Assembly (NCBI RefSeq): GCF_009914755.1
Contig: NC_060930.1
Direction: 5' to 3' (one strand)
From: the human T2T-CHM13v2.0 reference genome, Homo sapiens
Length of the DNA stretch: 64,000 nt
A program made the position numbers and the translations under genes. Under the pieces are notes generated by a model that searched no databases, was not told the DNA's origin, and saw only the letters and a program-made list of their open reading frames with translations. Of this stretch, positions 42,600 to 57,026 are shown in pieces; the stretch's first letter is position 1; every line of letters begins with the position of its first letter.

Positions 42600-44373
42600 C
42601 CATCGGTATAACTTCTCTGGTGAAGTGTTAAGGGGTTTTTGCTCATTTTTTAATCAGGCTGTTCATTCACTTATTGTTGAGTTTTAAGAGTTCTTTGAAC
42701 ATTTTGAACAGTCCTGTATCAGTTATGCCTTTTACACATATTTTCTCCCTGTCTGTGGAGCATTCTCCATAGACTTATATTGTCTTTAGCAGAGTGAAAG
42801 TTTTCTATTTTAACAAAGTCCAGTTTATCAATTATTTTTTTCATGGATCATGCCTGTGGTGCTGTATCTAAAAAGCTATTCCATATCCAAGGTCATTGAG
42901 GTTTTATGTTATCTCCTAGGAGTTTTACAGTTTTGTGTGTTACATTTAAGTCTATAAACCATTTTGAGATAATTTTTGTGAAGGGTCCAAGGTCTGTGTC
43001 TAGATTGATTTTGTGTGTGGATGCCCAGTTGTTCCCACATCTATTGTTGAAAAGACTACCAATTCTCCACTGAATTGCCTTTGCCCCTTTGTCAATGATC
43101 AATTGTCTACATTTCATTGTGGGTCTATTTCTGAGCTCTCTATCCATTGACATATTTGTCTTTTTTTTCCCCCCAACACCACACTGTCTTGATTACTGTA
43201 GCTTCAAAATCTTTAAGTTAGGTAATGTCAGTCCTCTGACTTTGTTCCTCTCCAATATTCGCTTAGCTATTTTCTGCATTTTCAACGTCTCCATATACAT
43301 TTTTGAATCAATTTCAATATCCACAAAATATTTGTGTGGTTTCATTAGTATTGTGTTGAATTTATAGATCAAATTGGGAAGAACTGACATCTTGATAATA
43401 CTGAATGTTTTCCTATGCATGATTGTGGAATGTCTCATTTATTTACTTCTTTAATATCTTCATTAGAGTTGTATAGTTTTTATTTGGACTTGATATATGT
43501 TTTGTTAGCTTTATAATTAAGTGTTCTGTTTTGCAGGGAACTAATTTTATATTCCACTTGTTCATTATTGGTAGATAGAAAGATGCTTGACTTTTGCACA
43601 TTAACTTTGTATTCTGCAACACTGCTAAAATCACTAATTAGTTCCAGGAGGTTGTTTTAAATCTTTTTTTTTTTTTTTTTTTCAGATTTCTTCATAATCA
43701 AATTATCTGTGGACAAAGAAAGTTTTATATCTTCTTTCCCAAATAACACATTATTTTCAGTTTTATTGCATGAGTTAGGAATTCTATTGTCAAACAATGC
43801 ACAGTTTACTTTTTTCTGTCTTATTGCATTAGCTAGGATTTCTAGTATGATGGTGAAAGCAGTGTTGAAAGAGAACATCCTTACCTTTTTCCTCAACTAA
43901 TTAGGAAATCCGGTTTCTCACCATTAAGTATAATGTTGGCTGCAGGGTTTTTGTAGATGATGTATATTCAGTTGACAAAGCTGTCTTTTATTCCTAGTTT
44001 ACTGAGAGTTTTTATTATGAAAATGTGTTGGATGAATGTTTTTGCACTTGACAAAGTCCAACGCATTTCATGATCATGTGATTTTTCTTATTTATCTTCT
44101 TTATGTTATGGATTTCTTTGATTTTCATAAACTGGACCAGCTTTGCACACCTGGAATAAATCCCACTTGGTCATGATGTATAATTCTTTTTATACATTTT
44201 ATACATATTTTGATATGGATTTTTTCCCATTTATATTCATGAGAGATGGGCTGTAATTTTATTTTCTTGTAATGTCTTTATCTGGGTTCAGTATTAGGCC
44301 AACGCTGGCCTCATAAAATGAGTTAGGAAGTATTTCTTCTGTCTTCTAAAACAGATTGTAAAGAATTGGTATA

Positions 44374-44540
44374 CAGTAAGTCCTCACTAAACATCATCAA
44401 TAGGTGCTTGGAAAATGTGACTTTAAACAAAATGATGTATAATAAGACCATTTTATTCTCATCAATATTATAACTAAACAACATTGAACAAAATGATGTT
44501 ATCTGAAGACCTGCTGTATGTCGTTTTGCTTAAATTTCCG
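44374..44540. mobile_element. MER6-family (MER6B-like) Tigger MITE, right end truncated
   Basis: TA|cagtaagtcctcact..ataggtgcttggaaa..gactttaa and gacctgctg|TA; internal inverted symmetry. Confidence 0.7.
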
Positions 44541-46292
44541 TAATTTCTTCCATAAATGGTAGAATTAAACTATCTGGCCTGGAGCTTTCTGTTTTGGGAG
44601 GTTATTAAACATTGATTCCATTTATTAAATAAATTCCGTTTAATAAAAATAGGCCTAAACATATTGCCTATTTATTCTTGTGTGAATTTTGGCAGGTTGT
44701 GTACCTCTAAAAAATAATTCATTTAATCTAGGTTACCAAATTTGTAGGCATTAAGTTGTTCATAATATTCTTTTATTATCCTTTTCATGTGCATAGCATC
44801 TGTAGTGGTGTGCCTCTTTGACTTCTGATATTAGTAATTTGTGTCTTCTCTTTTTTCTTAGCATGTCTAGAGGCTTACAAACTTTATCGATCTTTTCAAA
44901 GAACCAGTTATAGATTTTGTTGATTTTCTTTATTAATTTCTTGTTTTCAATTTCATTGATTTCTGCTCTAATTTTTATCAGTTTTCCTACTTTGAATTTA
45001 ATTTGCCCTTCTTTTTCTAGTTTCCTTAGACTATTGACTCTGTATCTTTCTTTTCTAATACATGTCATTCAACGCTACATATTTCCCTCAAAGCCCTGCT
45101 TTTGCTGTATCCCACAAATTTTGATAAGTTGTCAAATACTTCAAAATATTTTTAAATTTCTCTTAGTATTTCTTCTTTGACCCATGAGTTATTAAGAAGT
45201 ACGTTATTGTTTAATCTCCAAGTATTTGGGGATTTTCCCGCTATGTTTCTGTTATTGGTTTAGTTTACTACCATTGTGGTGTGACAGCAGAGATTGTATG
45301 ATTTCTATTATTTTCAATTTGTTAAGGTGTGTGTTATGTCCAGAATGTGTTCTCTCTTGGTGAATGTTCCATGTAAGCTTGAGAAGAACGTGTAATATAC
45401 TTTTGTTGGTTGAAGTAGTCTAATGATGTCAATTATATTCAGTTGATTGATGGTGGTGTTGGGTTCAACTATGTCACTGATTTTCTCCCTGCTGGATCTG
45501 TATGTTTCAGAGAAAGGGTTGTTAAAGTCTCCAACTGAAATGGTAGATTCATCTGTTTCTCTTTGCAGTTATGTTTTCCCTCACCCATCTTGTTGCTCTG
45601 TTGTCAGTCACATAAATATTAAGGTTTATTATATATTATGTCTTCTTGGAGCACGAATCCCTTACCATTATGTAATGTCCCTTCTTTTTCTAAGAACTTT
45701 CCTTGCTTGGAAGTATCTTCTGTCTGAAATTAATATATTTCATAAAATACTCCCAATTTTGAAAAAGTAGTATTAGCATATCTTACTTCATTCCTCTATT
45801 TTAATCTATATGTGTCTTTATGTTAAAAGTGTAGAAAACATATAGTTGAATGTTGTTTTTTGATACACCCTGGCAATCTCTTTTAATTGGTGAATTTAAA
45901 ATATTCATATTTAAAGTGATATTCATATGGTTGGATTGATGACCTTCGTATTTGTTACTGTTTTCTATTCGTTGCCTTGGTCTTTGCTTCTATTTTTGTC
46001 TTCCACACTTTTTCTGTCTTTTGTGGTTTTATTTGGAGATTGTATGTGATTTCATTTTCTATCCTTTCTTAGCATGTCAATTATACTTCCTCTTTTTTTA
46101 GAGTAAAACTCTTATTGGTGGTTGCTCTAGACTTTGCAACATTTAAAACTATTCCAAGTCCACTTTCAAATAGTATTATAATAACACTTCACAGACAGTG
46201 TACATATTTATAACAAAATACTCATAATTCCTCTAATGCTTTATGTCATTGCTGCCATTCTTTTCACTTGTACATAACAATGCATGAGTATG

Positions 46293-48803
46293 TATGTTAG
46301 GCTGTTTTTAATACCTGAGACTGGGCAATTTATAAATAAAAGAGATTTATTTGGCCCATGGTGCTACAGCCTCTACAAGCACAGTATCAATATCTGTTCA
46401 GCTCCTCGTGAGGGCCTCAGAAAGCTTACAGTCATGACAGAAAGTGAAATGGGAACAGGCACATCACATGGTGAGAGTAGGTACGAGAGAGAGGCGGGTG
46501 GTGTCACAAACTTTTAAACAACCAGATCTCACATGAACAGAGCAAGAACTCACTTATCACCAAGAAGATGGTGCTCAATTATCACCAAGAGGATGGTGCT
46601 AATACCTCCATGAGGGATCCACCCTCATGATACAATCTCCTCCCACCAGGCCCCATCTCTAACATTGAGAATCACATTTCAACATGATCTTTGGAGGGGG
46701 CAAACATACAAACTATATTATTCCTCCCCTTGCCCCCCAAATCTCATATCCTTCTCACAATGCAAAACACAACCATCCCTTCTCAATAGTTCCCCAGAGT
46801 CTTAACTTGTTCCATCATCAACTCAGTCAAAAGTCCTAAATCCAAAGTTCAAAGTCTCATCTGGAGATGAGGTCCTTCTGCCTGTGAGCCTGTGAAATCA
46901 AAGACAAGTTATTTACTTCCAACATAGAATGATGGTACAGGCATGGGGTAATCATTTCTGTTCCAAAGGGAGAAACAGGTCAAATAAAGGGGCAACAGGC
47001 TCCATCCAAGTCTTAAACCCATCAGAGCAATCATTAAGTCTTAAGTCTCTAAAATAATCACCTTGACTCCATGTCCCACATCCAGGTCACACTGGTGCAT
47101 GGATGAACTCCAAAGGTTTTGGGCAACTGCCCCTGTGGCATTGCAGGGTGCAGCCCCCATGACTGCTCTCATAGGCTGAAGTTGAATGACTGTGGCTTTT
47201 TCATGCTAAGATTGCTAGCTGTTAGTGGTTCTACCATTCTCAGGTCTGGAAGGCAGTGGCCCCTTTCCCACCACTGCAATGGGCAGTGCCCCAGTGGGGA
47301 CTCTGTGTGGGGGCTCCAACCCCACTTTTCTTCTCAATACTGCCCTAGTAAAGTATCTCTGTGTGGGCTACCCCCAAACCCCTGTGGCAGCCTTCTTGCC
47401 TGGGTACCCAGGTTTTTCCATACATCCTCTGAAAACTAGGTGGAAGCTGCCATGCTTCCTTCACTTTTGCACTCTTAGTACCTGCAGGCTTAACACTATG
47501 TGGAAGCCACCAAGGCTTATAGCTTGCATCCTCTGGAGTGGTGAGCCAAGCTGCACCTGGAGACCTTTAAGCTGTTGGTGTAGCCAGAGCAGCCAGGATG
47601 TGGGGATCTGTGTCCTGAGTCTACAAGGCCTTGGGCCTGGCCCACAAGACCATTCTTTCCTCCTAGGCCTCTGGGACTCTGATGGGGTGTGGGTGCGGAG
47701 CTGGGAATGATGCCTAGATGATCTCTGAAATGCCTTCTAGGCTTTTTTCCCCATTGTTCTAGATATCAGTACTTGGCTTCCTTTTAGTCACACAAATCTC
47801 TCTTGCAAGTGGTTGCTCTGCAGACCACTTGTATTCCTCTCCTGAAAACACTTTTTCTTTCTTGGCCACGTGTCAGGCTGCAAATTTTCCAATCTTGTAC
47901 TCTTTGCTTCCCTTTAAAATATAAGCTCAAACTTCAGGTCATTTCTTTGCTCCCGTATCTGAACATAGGAAGTTAGAAGCAGCCATGCCACATCTTGAAA
48001 ACTTTCCTGTTTAAAAATTTCCTCTGCCAGATACCCTAACACATCACTGTTACGTTTAAACTTCCACAGATACCTAGGACATGGACAAAATGCAGCCATG
48101 TTCTTTGCTAAAGCATTACAAGGGAGACTTTTTTTCCAGTTCCCAGTAATTTCCTCATTTCTATCTGAGACCTTGTAAGCCTTGCCTTCACTGTCCGTAT
48201 TTTTATTAGCAGTTTGGTTATAACCACTTAACAAGTTGCATAAGTTCCAAAATTTCCCTCATCTTTCTGTTTTCTTCTGAGACCTCCAAACTCTCTCAAC
48301 CTCTGCCTGTTATTCATTTCCAAAACCACTTCCACATCTTCAGGTATCTTTATAGCAACACCCCTCTCCTTGGTACCAGTTTTCTGTGTTAGGCCATTTT
48401 TGCATTTCTATGAAGAAATACCTGAGACTGGGTAAATTATAAAGAAAAGAGGTTTAACTGGATTGTGGTTCTGCAGGCTGCACAAGCAGGTCACTAGCAC
48501 CTGCTCGACTTCTGATGAGGGTCTCAGGAGGCTTACAATCATGGTGGAAGGTGAAGTGGAGCAGGCACATCATATGGTGAAAGTAGGAGAAAGAGAGAGA
48601 AAAGGTAGATACCACACACTTTAAACAACCAGATCTCATGTGAACTGAGTGAGAACTCATATATCACCAAGGGGATGGAGCTAAACACCTTCATCGGGGA
48701 TCTGCCGTGATGATTCAGTCACCTCCCACAAGGTCCCACCTTCAACATTGGGAATCACATCTCAACGTGAGATTTGGAGGTGACAATCATCCAAACTATA
48801 TCA
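46293..48803 (-). mobile_element. Complete MSTA-like MaLR provirus (LTR 46293-46720, internal 46721-48384, LTR 48385-48803)
   Basis: Two directly repeated LTRs sharing aatacctgagactggg..ttttaaacaaccagatctca..aaactatat; THE1/MST-type internal region; TSD gtatg/gcatg. Confidence 0.92.
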
Positions 48804-51249
48804 GCATGTATGCATACACACACGCACAACACAGAGTACATTATTGCTATTATTGTATTGAATGGTTACCAGTTTTATCAATTAAGAAAAATAAAAGCTT
48901 TTATATTTTACCTTCATTTATTCCTTTTCTAATGCTTTTTATGTCAATCTGAGTTTGTGATCTATATAACTTTTCTTCTCTCCAAAGAACTGTTTTTTGT
49001 TTTTTTTTTTTTAACATTTATTACAAAGCAGATCTACTGGCAATCAATTCCCTCAATTTGTGTTTATCTGAGAAAGCCTATTTCTTCTTCATATTTGAAG
49101 AACAATTTCACAGAGTACAGAATTCTACGTTAGTAATTTTCCCCCTGAACACTTCAAATAATTCCTTCCACTTTCTTCTTGCTTGCATGATTTCTGAGGC
49201 CAAGTCAGATATAACTCTTATCTTTGCACCTCTGTAGGGAATGTGTTATTTTCCTCTGACTTCTTTCACATTTTTTATCTTTGATTTTTTGAAGTTTAAA
49301 CATGATATGCTTTTCTGTCATTTATCCTACTTGGTGATCTCCTAGCTTCCTGGATCTCTGGTTTGGTATTTGACATCAATGGGAGGGAATTCTCAGTTGT
49401 TATTGCTTCAAATACTTCTTTTCCTTTCTCCTTTTCTTCTCCTCTGGCATCACCATTATGCATATTTATATCATTTTTTGCTGTTTTCAGCTCTTGAACA
49501 TTTTGTTCTATTTTTCTCAATCTTTGTTATCATTGCTTTTCAGTTTTTTAGTTTCTATTGTCGCATCTTCCAGCTCAGAGTTTTTTTCCTCAGCTGTGTC
49601 CAGTCCACTGACAAGCCTGCCAAAGGCATTCTTATTTTCTGTTACATTGTTTTAAATCTCTAACACTTTTTTAATTTTTTCTTGGAAGTTCCATCTTTCT
49701 GATTCCCTTATCCACCTGTTCTTGCCTTTTGTCTACTTTTGTCATTAAAATGCAAAGTGTATTAATCATAGTTTTTAAATTTTTCTCATCTTATATTTCC
49801 AACATTGCTGCCATATCTCTCTCTGGTTCTGATGCCTCTTCATTCTCTTTAAACTATTTTTTTTCTTGCTTTTACTATTCCTCGTATTTTTTAAATTGAA
49901 AGGTGGACATAATTTACTGAGTGAGAGGAACTACAGTAAATGGGCCTTTAATAACATGGGTGGAAATGTGTGGGGCAGGGGAGGCATTCTACAGTCTGAT
50001 AAGGTCTCAGTCTCTTGGTGGCCCTGTTACTCTTGACTGTGACTTTCACCAGTGCTTCTGAGTTGCTGTCTTTTCTTCCTGCTTAAGTGGCAAAGGAAGC
50101 TACTAAAGGGGATTGGAGAGTTGCGTATTTTTCTTCACACCAGGTAGGTTAAGCCCTAAGCTCTAAAACAAACAAACAAACAAACAAAACCAAAACCCAG
50201 ATAAAATAGTTTCTCTTGAGGGCAGGTCTTGTTAAGAACAGTGCTCCTGTGTATTTCAAGGTAGTTACTTTACCCCTTGCCCTATTGGAAGCAGCAGAGA
50301 GGTTTTCTCCAATATTCACTGTGAGAACTTCGTTGTACTCCAGGAGGTAAAACTCACAAAAGTGTTCCCCTCCCTCAAAGCCCTCTCCATCCAACTGGAT
50401 CCTCCTGGAATTTTTAATTCTCAGATTTATCCACACTAACCCTACAGCAATTCGTCATTTAAACTTCAGGTACTCCCATTCCTGCAATGATTCTTGCCTA
50501 AGTTTCTGCTCGTGGTTTTCTGCTCTACTAAGTTGTGATTATCTTTATCCATCTGTCTCTTCATTTTCTGGAGCATCATTTTGCCCTCTGAACTCACTTC
50601 TCTGAAAATCCCTAAGGAGAGTTGTTGATTTTTCAGTTTGTTTAGCTTTTTACTTGTTGGGAGGACAGGGTGGAGACATCTAAACTCCTTCAATGCCAGA
50701 TTGGAAACCAAAAATCCTGTTCTCTTCCCTTCCCACATTTTTCTTAAGTTTCTAAGTGCCACACAATTTATATTGATTACATGTTTTATGATATGAATCT
50801 TTACCTTTTTATCTATATCATCAAATTGACATTAAACTTGTTTTCTTAAGAAAATGTCTTACACAGTCTTTATTCTACTGTCCCCACAACACCCAGTACT
50901 GTTCAATAGGTGTCCACTAAATGATCAATAATTGATTGTTTGTGAATAGTTTCTAATCTATGAGCACTCCTTTGGTGAATCATACCACCTTGTGACTTTA
51001 ATTTAAGTGGAAGTTGAATATCCTGGACTGTGAAAATGTACAATGATATAAAAAAGCTACTAGAAATCAGTAATGCATTTTAAGAATATTAATTTCAGGA
51101 ATCCAAACAACATTAAAAATAATATTATATATATTAACAATATATAAATTTATTTTGTTAACTAGATAATACTTTTGGACAAATTGAATATACAAAGGAC
51201 TTCTTGCAAAAATTTTGCAGGACCTAACTCCTCTCCTTCCCGCCTCAGA

Positions 51250-51480
51250 TGAGCTAGAGTTCAAATCTTAGCTTTGTTGCTTACTAGTGATGGGAATAAC
51301 TATGGGTTAATGGGGAGTAACTGGCAGTTAACTTAATCTCTGTGAGGCTCAGTTTCTTCATGGATAGGACTGTGATTATATTTACATTGTGGGATGTTTG
51401 AGAATATTAAATAATATGGAATGGACAGAGTAGCCAATATAATCCCTGGAAGATAGCAGTAGGTGCCCTGAAAATGTTAC
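51250..51480. mobile_element. MIR
   Basis: gagttcaaatcttagctttg..cttactag..acttaatctctgtgaggctcagtttcttcat. Confidence 0.65.
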
Positions 51481-51905
51481 TTCTCATTTTTCTCATCTTC
51501 TACTCTTTTACATGCAAGAAAATAAATTGTCTCTATGGATGAATGTATGAATTCTCTTTATTAGGAGAAACATCAACTATGTAATTCAATGTAATTTTTT
51601 TTTCTGCTTTAGCTGCCAATAATCTCTAAGCCAAAAGTATTGCTCAAGTATTTTAATCTAGTCAGTTCTTATTCTGGCAAGACTACTTTCTTGTGTATCT
51701 TTCCTATAGATGAGGATCAGTTTTCAATCAAATCATCTCAATTATCCCAATGCACTAAATTCATAAATACACATCAATTTAGGTACAAATTATACATACT
51801 AGGGAAAGCATTGCATTAAAAATAAGAAAACCTGAGATTTGCTCCCAGCTTTTTCACTATCTGTTGTGCTTAGACATATAATATTAATAGGCTTCAGTAG
51901 TATTA

Positions 51906-52229
51906 TGGCCATGCATCCCTAATCAACAGAAATATGTTCTGAAAAATGCATCATTGGGCAATTTCACTGTTATGGCAACATCATATAGTATACTTACACA
52001 AATCTCAATGGTACAGTCTGCTATACACCTAAGCTATAAGGTATAAGCTATTGCTCCTAGGCTATAAACCTGGACAGTGTGTTACTGTACTGAATACTGT
52101 AGGCAATGGTAAGTTCTTATATATCTAAACATAGAAAAAGCACAATAAAAATATGGTATTATAATCTTATGGGGCCACCATCATATATGTGGTCTATCAT
52201 TGACTGAAATATTATGTGGTGCATGACGG
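51906..52229. mobile_element. Tigger3a MITE, copy 3
   Basis: Colinear with copies 1-2; ends gcatgacgg followed by TA (52230-52231). Confidence 0.88.
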
Positions 52230-52614
52230 TAAATAATTTTTGAGACCAAAATTATAATATGCAATTATTCTGATCCTTAAATATCAACAACTTCAGAATA
52301 GACATTAGGCTTTACACAATTTTTTTTACTGTGTCAATTTTTAAAGACAGAAACTAAATGTATATATATAAATATCTTGAGAAAATGTCCACTGATATTT
52401 CTCTCTTAAGCATGCTTATAGATAGCTAAAACTAGAATAATAAATTAAGTCTCCCCAGCTTATAAGACTTTATCTTTTAGTGAAGAAAACAATTTTTAAG
52501 TCCTCTGAGAAAATTTGAACTTTCCTTTGGTCCACCTAAAACTTTTATTTTTACAAAACATTTGGCTAGTGAAAGGGACATTGGATTAAGGGGCAAATTT
52601 TAAAATACACTGGG

Positions 52615-52954
<340 letters not shown>

Positions 52955-54849
52955 CTACATAAACCCGAGGTGTTATTTTTATAAGTTCCTTACATAAAAT
53001 GCCAAATACTTTTACAAACTTGAATTATTTCATATATTAAAAACTAAATTTTAAATTACAGTATTTTTATTTTATGAAAAGAGTAACTATGTTTTATAAA
53101 ATATGATAGCAAAATGAAACTTCTTTCACATTCATAGATGTGTTTCTAATGTTTGTGACAACACAGCCATAATCTCTCTATACAAATGTGTTATATATTT
53201 TCATATTTTGACATAGTTCACATAGACGCAGAATATCCATCTTAATATATATTTGTTTGACTTGATCTTCAGTTCTTTAGACATTTTCTTTTGTTATTAT
53301 TATAAATTTTGCAGACAAATATGAAATCAAGTTAAAAGGATAAAAATGCATTTATTCATTCAATTCCCATTGTCAGCTTCCCTAACTTAATAAGAAAGCA
53401 AACATTTCCAAGTATTATACCTTAAGCTAAAGATTTCTATTTGCTTTTAGCCTGTGTCTACCATGAGCCAATATAATGCTAAGTAAGCACACATCTTTTC
53501 TTTTTAAACTGAGACTAATATTTTATAGTGCTTTAAAAAGCCAATCCATCTGATATTCTCACACTCATGACCCTTTCTAGTGTACAGTTTTCTGGCTAGA
53601 GAAACAAGATGTATCTGTCCATTCCTATAACACATTTTCGCTTACTAAAATCTATTTATTTATTAGGTGGCCTGGAATTGAAATATGTGGAAAATCAGAG
53701 TCCTCATAAATGCTTAAGAACAATGACTTTTCTAACCTATCACCCTCAATTATATAACTTTATTCTTTTTCAATCATTGTACTATTTTATTTTTCTAAAA
53801 TAACTTCTAAGGTCATTTCAAATGACCTTAGAACAGACTTGGCAGATTCACTAGATTTACAAACACAGAAGACATGAGACAGTACATCAAGCTTTACAAA
53901 GGTTACTTTCAGATCTGACTTTCTGAAAGCAATAAGAGAAAAGAAGGATAAGAAGTATTTAAAAAGCATGATCCTTTTTCTCAGATATGTATTATGCTAG
54001 CAATATTTGAAGACTCATGAAACATTCCAAATATAAATGAAATGCTGGCAATGTTAAAATATGTAAATTAAGAATAAGAAAACCCAGGGGTAATTCATAA
54101 TCCACCCCAAAATAATGTTTTCAAAGGTTCCATATGCTACCTCCTATGCTAAATGTCTTCCTTCACATGTGCTAACATTCTGTATTCATTGCAGGATATC
54201 AAATGCAGGAAGTGAATTTCACCATTTGTTTCATCATTTGATATTAGGAAGTTACGAATAGTATATTGGATCTTGGGAAGTTAGGAGTAGCATATTGGAG
54301 AGTGCAGGCTTAAAGCTGGAGCTCAGTTCTACCCTTGACTCTAGCATTAACTAGCTTTATCATGTTAACACATCAGTTCACTTTTCTATACAATTAAAAT
54401 TCACTCAATGTTCTGTGTTTTAAAAATATAATCTTCGCTTGAAAAAAGTAAATGACAAACTGCATTGTTTCTTCTAGACAAGAAAGAGAAGCGCTAATGA
54501 AGACTACTTCGGTAACATAATTTCTTGAAAGGCCAAAGGCTTTCAACAGCAAGAGAAGACAACACTAAACAAATTCTTAGCAGATTTCTCAGCACAGATG
54601 GCAAACCACAAGAAACTAGCTTGATGCAGGCTTTGCACAAGAACTTCAGTTCTATGTGGTTCCCTCAAGTGGATAATCCCAACAAAACTGTGTGACTGAA
54701 TGGTCTGCATTTTTTTTTTTTTTTTTTTTTTTTTACAAAATCAGGGAACTTTATAATCTGGAGGTTATCAGGAAATTACTGAAATTTTGACCAAAGTAAT
54801 ACTAGTGCAGTTACTGGTATATTATCAGATAAAATATATTTTAAAAAGC

Positions 54850-55330
54850 AATATGCATTACTAGCGTACAGATATTCTCTGCATAATACAAGTATGTATG
54901 CATTCAATAACATAGACTAAATATATATATATATATATATATATATAATTGATCAAAGTCCAAGGAGAAATAGACAAAGATACAATCATAGTGAATGATA
55001 GAATTTAACACTTTTTTCAGTAATTGATAAATTATTGTAATTGGTAAAATACAGTAATTGGTAAAATACAGTAATTGGTAAAAGTAGCAGGAAAAAAGTC
55101 AATAAGGATATAAAAAACATGACTATCAAATTTGATTCATTGTAATTGGTACCTAAATAGATACTATTTTCAAAATAAAAAACGAAACAACAATACTAGG
55201 GAGGAAACATTTCCCCAAATATCAAATCAATTTAGCGTTAATATCAATATTAAAGAATTCCTACAAATAAATTTTGAAAAGAAAGAAAAATAAAACAATT
55301 GACAAATAGGCAAAAGCTGCTTCACAAAAG
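54850..55330 (+). mobile_element. Old L1M ORF2 fragments with (TA)n and a 17-bp tandem repeat (gtaattggtaaaataca x2.8, 55037-55083)
   Basis: caaggagaaatagacaaa..caatcatagtg..tttaacac..tcagtaattgata is L1 endonuclease-region-like; repeats seen directly. Confidence 0.55.
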
Positions 55331-56374
55331 TGGTGGTTGCAAGGCTATCTTTGTAGAGGTAATTATGATGTCTACTTTGGGAATATCAGAATTGCTTCTA
55401 TGAAGATACTTTTGAATCTTCACGATAGATTCTATTGCATAGTTTTCTCCAAACTAGGTTCTCTGGCTTCACTGGAGATTCTGTGAATCTAATTTTTTAA
55501 AAATAAACTCTTTTTCTTCTTAAACTAGTCAAAGCAGTATCTCTGTGTTTTATTTTTTTGTTTGAACACAAACTCTTAATGACATAGATGCTAACACGTG
55601 GACTGTATGGCAAAGTTTAGGCATCACTGACTCTATACATTTAAGTGACTCTAAATGTAATCCTGCCACCACTAGCTGATACCCACCCTACTGTCACTTT
55701 TCCAAATGCCCACATATACTAGTTCCATGGTTCCAGTTTTTCATCTGATTTGACTTGCCCTTTACCCCTCTCGCCAACATTAGAATTCCAGTTTCTCTAG
55801 GATGCCAACAATTTCAGAGTTGAGCATCTTCACAAGTCACCCTGTGGAGGATTTAAACCCTGTTACAGCAAAGGTTGTGTTTTCTAAATCCTGCTGACCA
55901 AACTTCTTGGTGGCCAGAAAAGCATCAAAGTGAGGGGAAAGGAACTGGCCTACCAGAGACCTATCAGAGACCATTTATAGGATGAAAAAAACATCTAAAA
56001 GACCACATCTTTCCTATATAATTATGTTTCCAGAGGATAAGAATCATCCTTCTTACTAGTTTTTTCCTTAATAACTTGTTTTGCCCCAAAACAAACTTGA
56101 CTATTTAGCCGAAAATTCATGTTTCCCAAAAATAGTATTATATAATAGGCTATATAATGCTAGTATTATCTGCCTACAAATTCCATTGTCTACAATATAG
56201 CCTTGCCTGTTTTGTTCAACCTAGAGAGCCTACAATCGTGTCTAAATAAAACTCATTGACTATTGATACGCCTGTTCCCCTAAAATGATGACATAATTTA
56301 AAAATAGTAAATTGACCCAACCAGAGTAAGCAGGTCCTCATTAAAGAGCAAGATAGGCAGAGCTAAATGCACAC

Positions 56375-57026
<652 letters not shown>

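Larger units (their letters stand above)
39995..50716 (-). mobile_element. Near full-length ancient L1 (L1MC/L1MD-type), fragmented by nested insertions
   Basis: 3' UTR tttttagagcagttttaggttc at ~40015. ORF2p remnants in ORFs 42893(-) LIIDKGAKAIQW, 43193(-) IIKMSVLPNLIYKFN..GLTLPNLK, 43657(-) IILEILANAIRQ, 44760(-) KIRAEINEIE..WFFEKIDK. ORF1p remnant in 49296(-) TENSLPLM..EIQEARRSPSRIN. 5' UTR extends to ~50716. Confidence 0.88.

Noticed and set aside
47119-48234. ORFs of 106-161 aa in the MST internal region
   Set aside because: Decayed MaLR internal sequence with no continuous frame; no sign of a domesticated gene.
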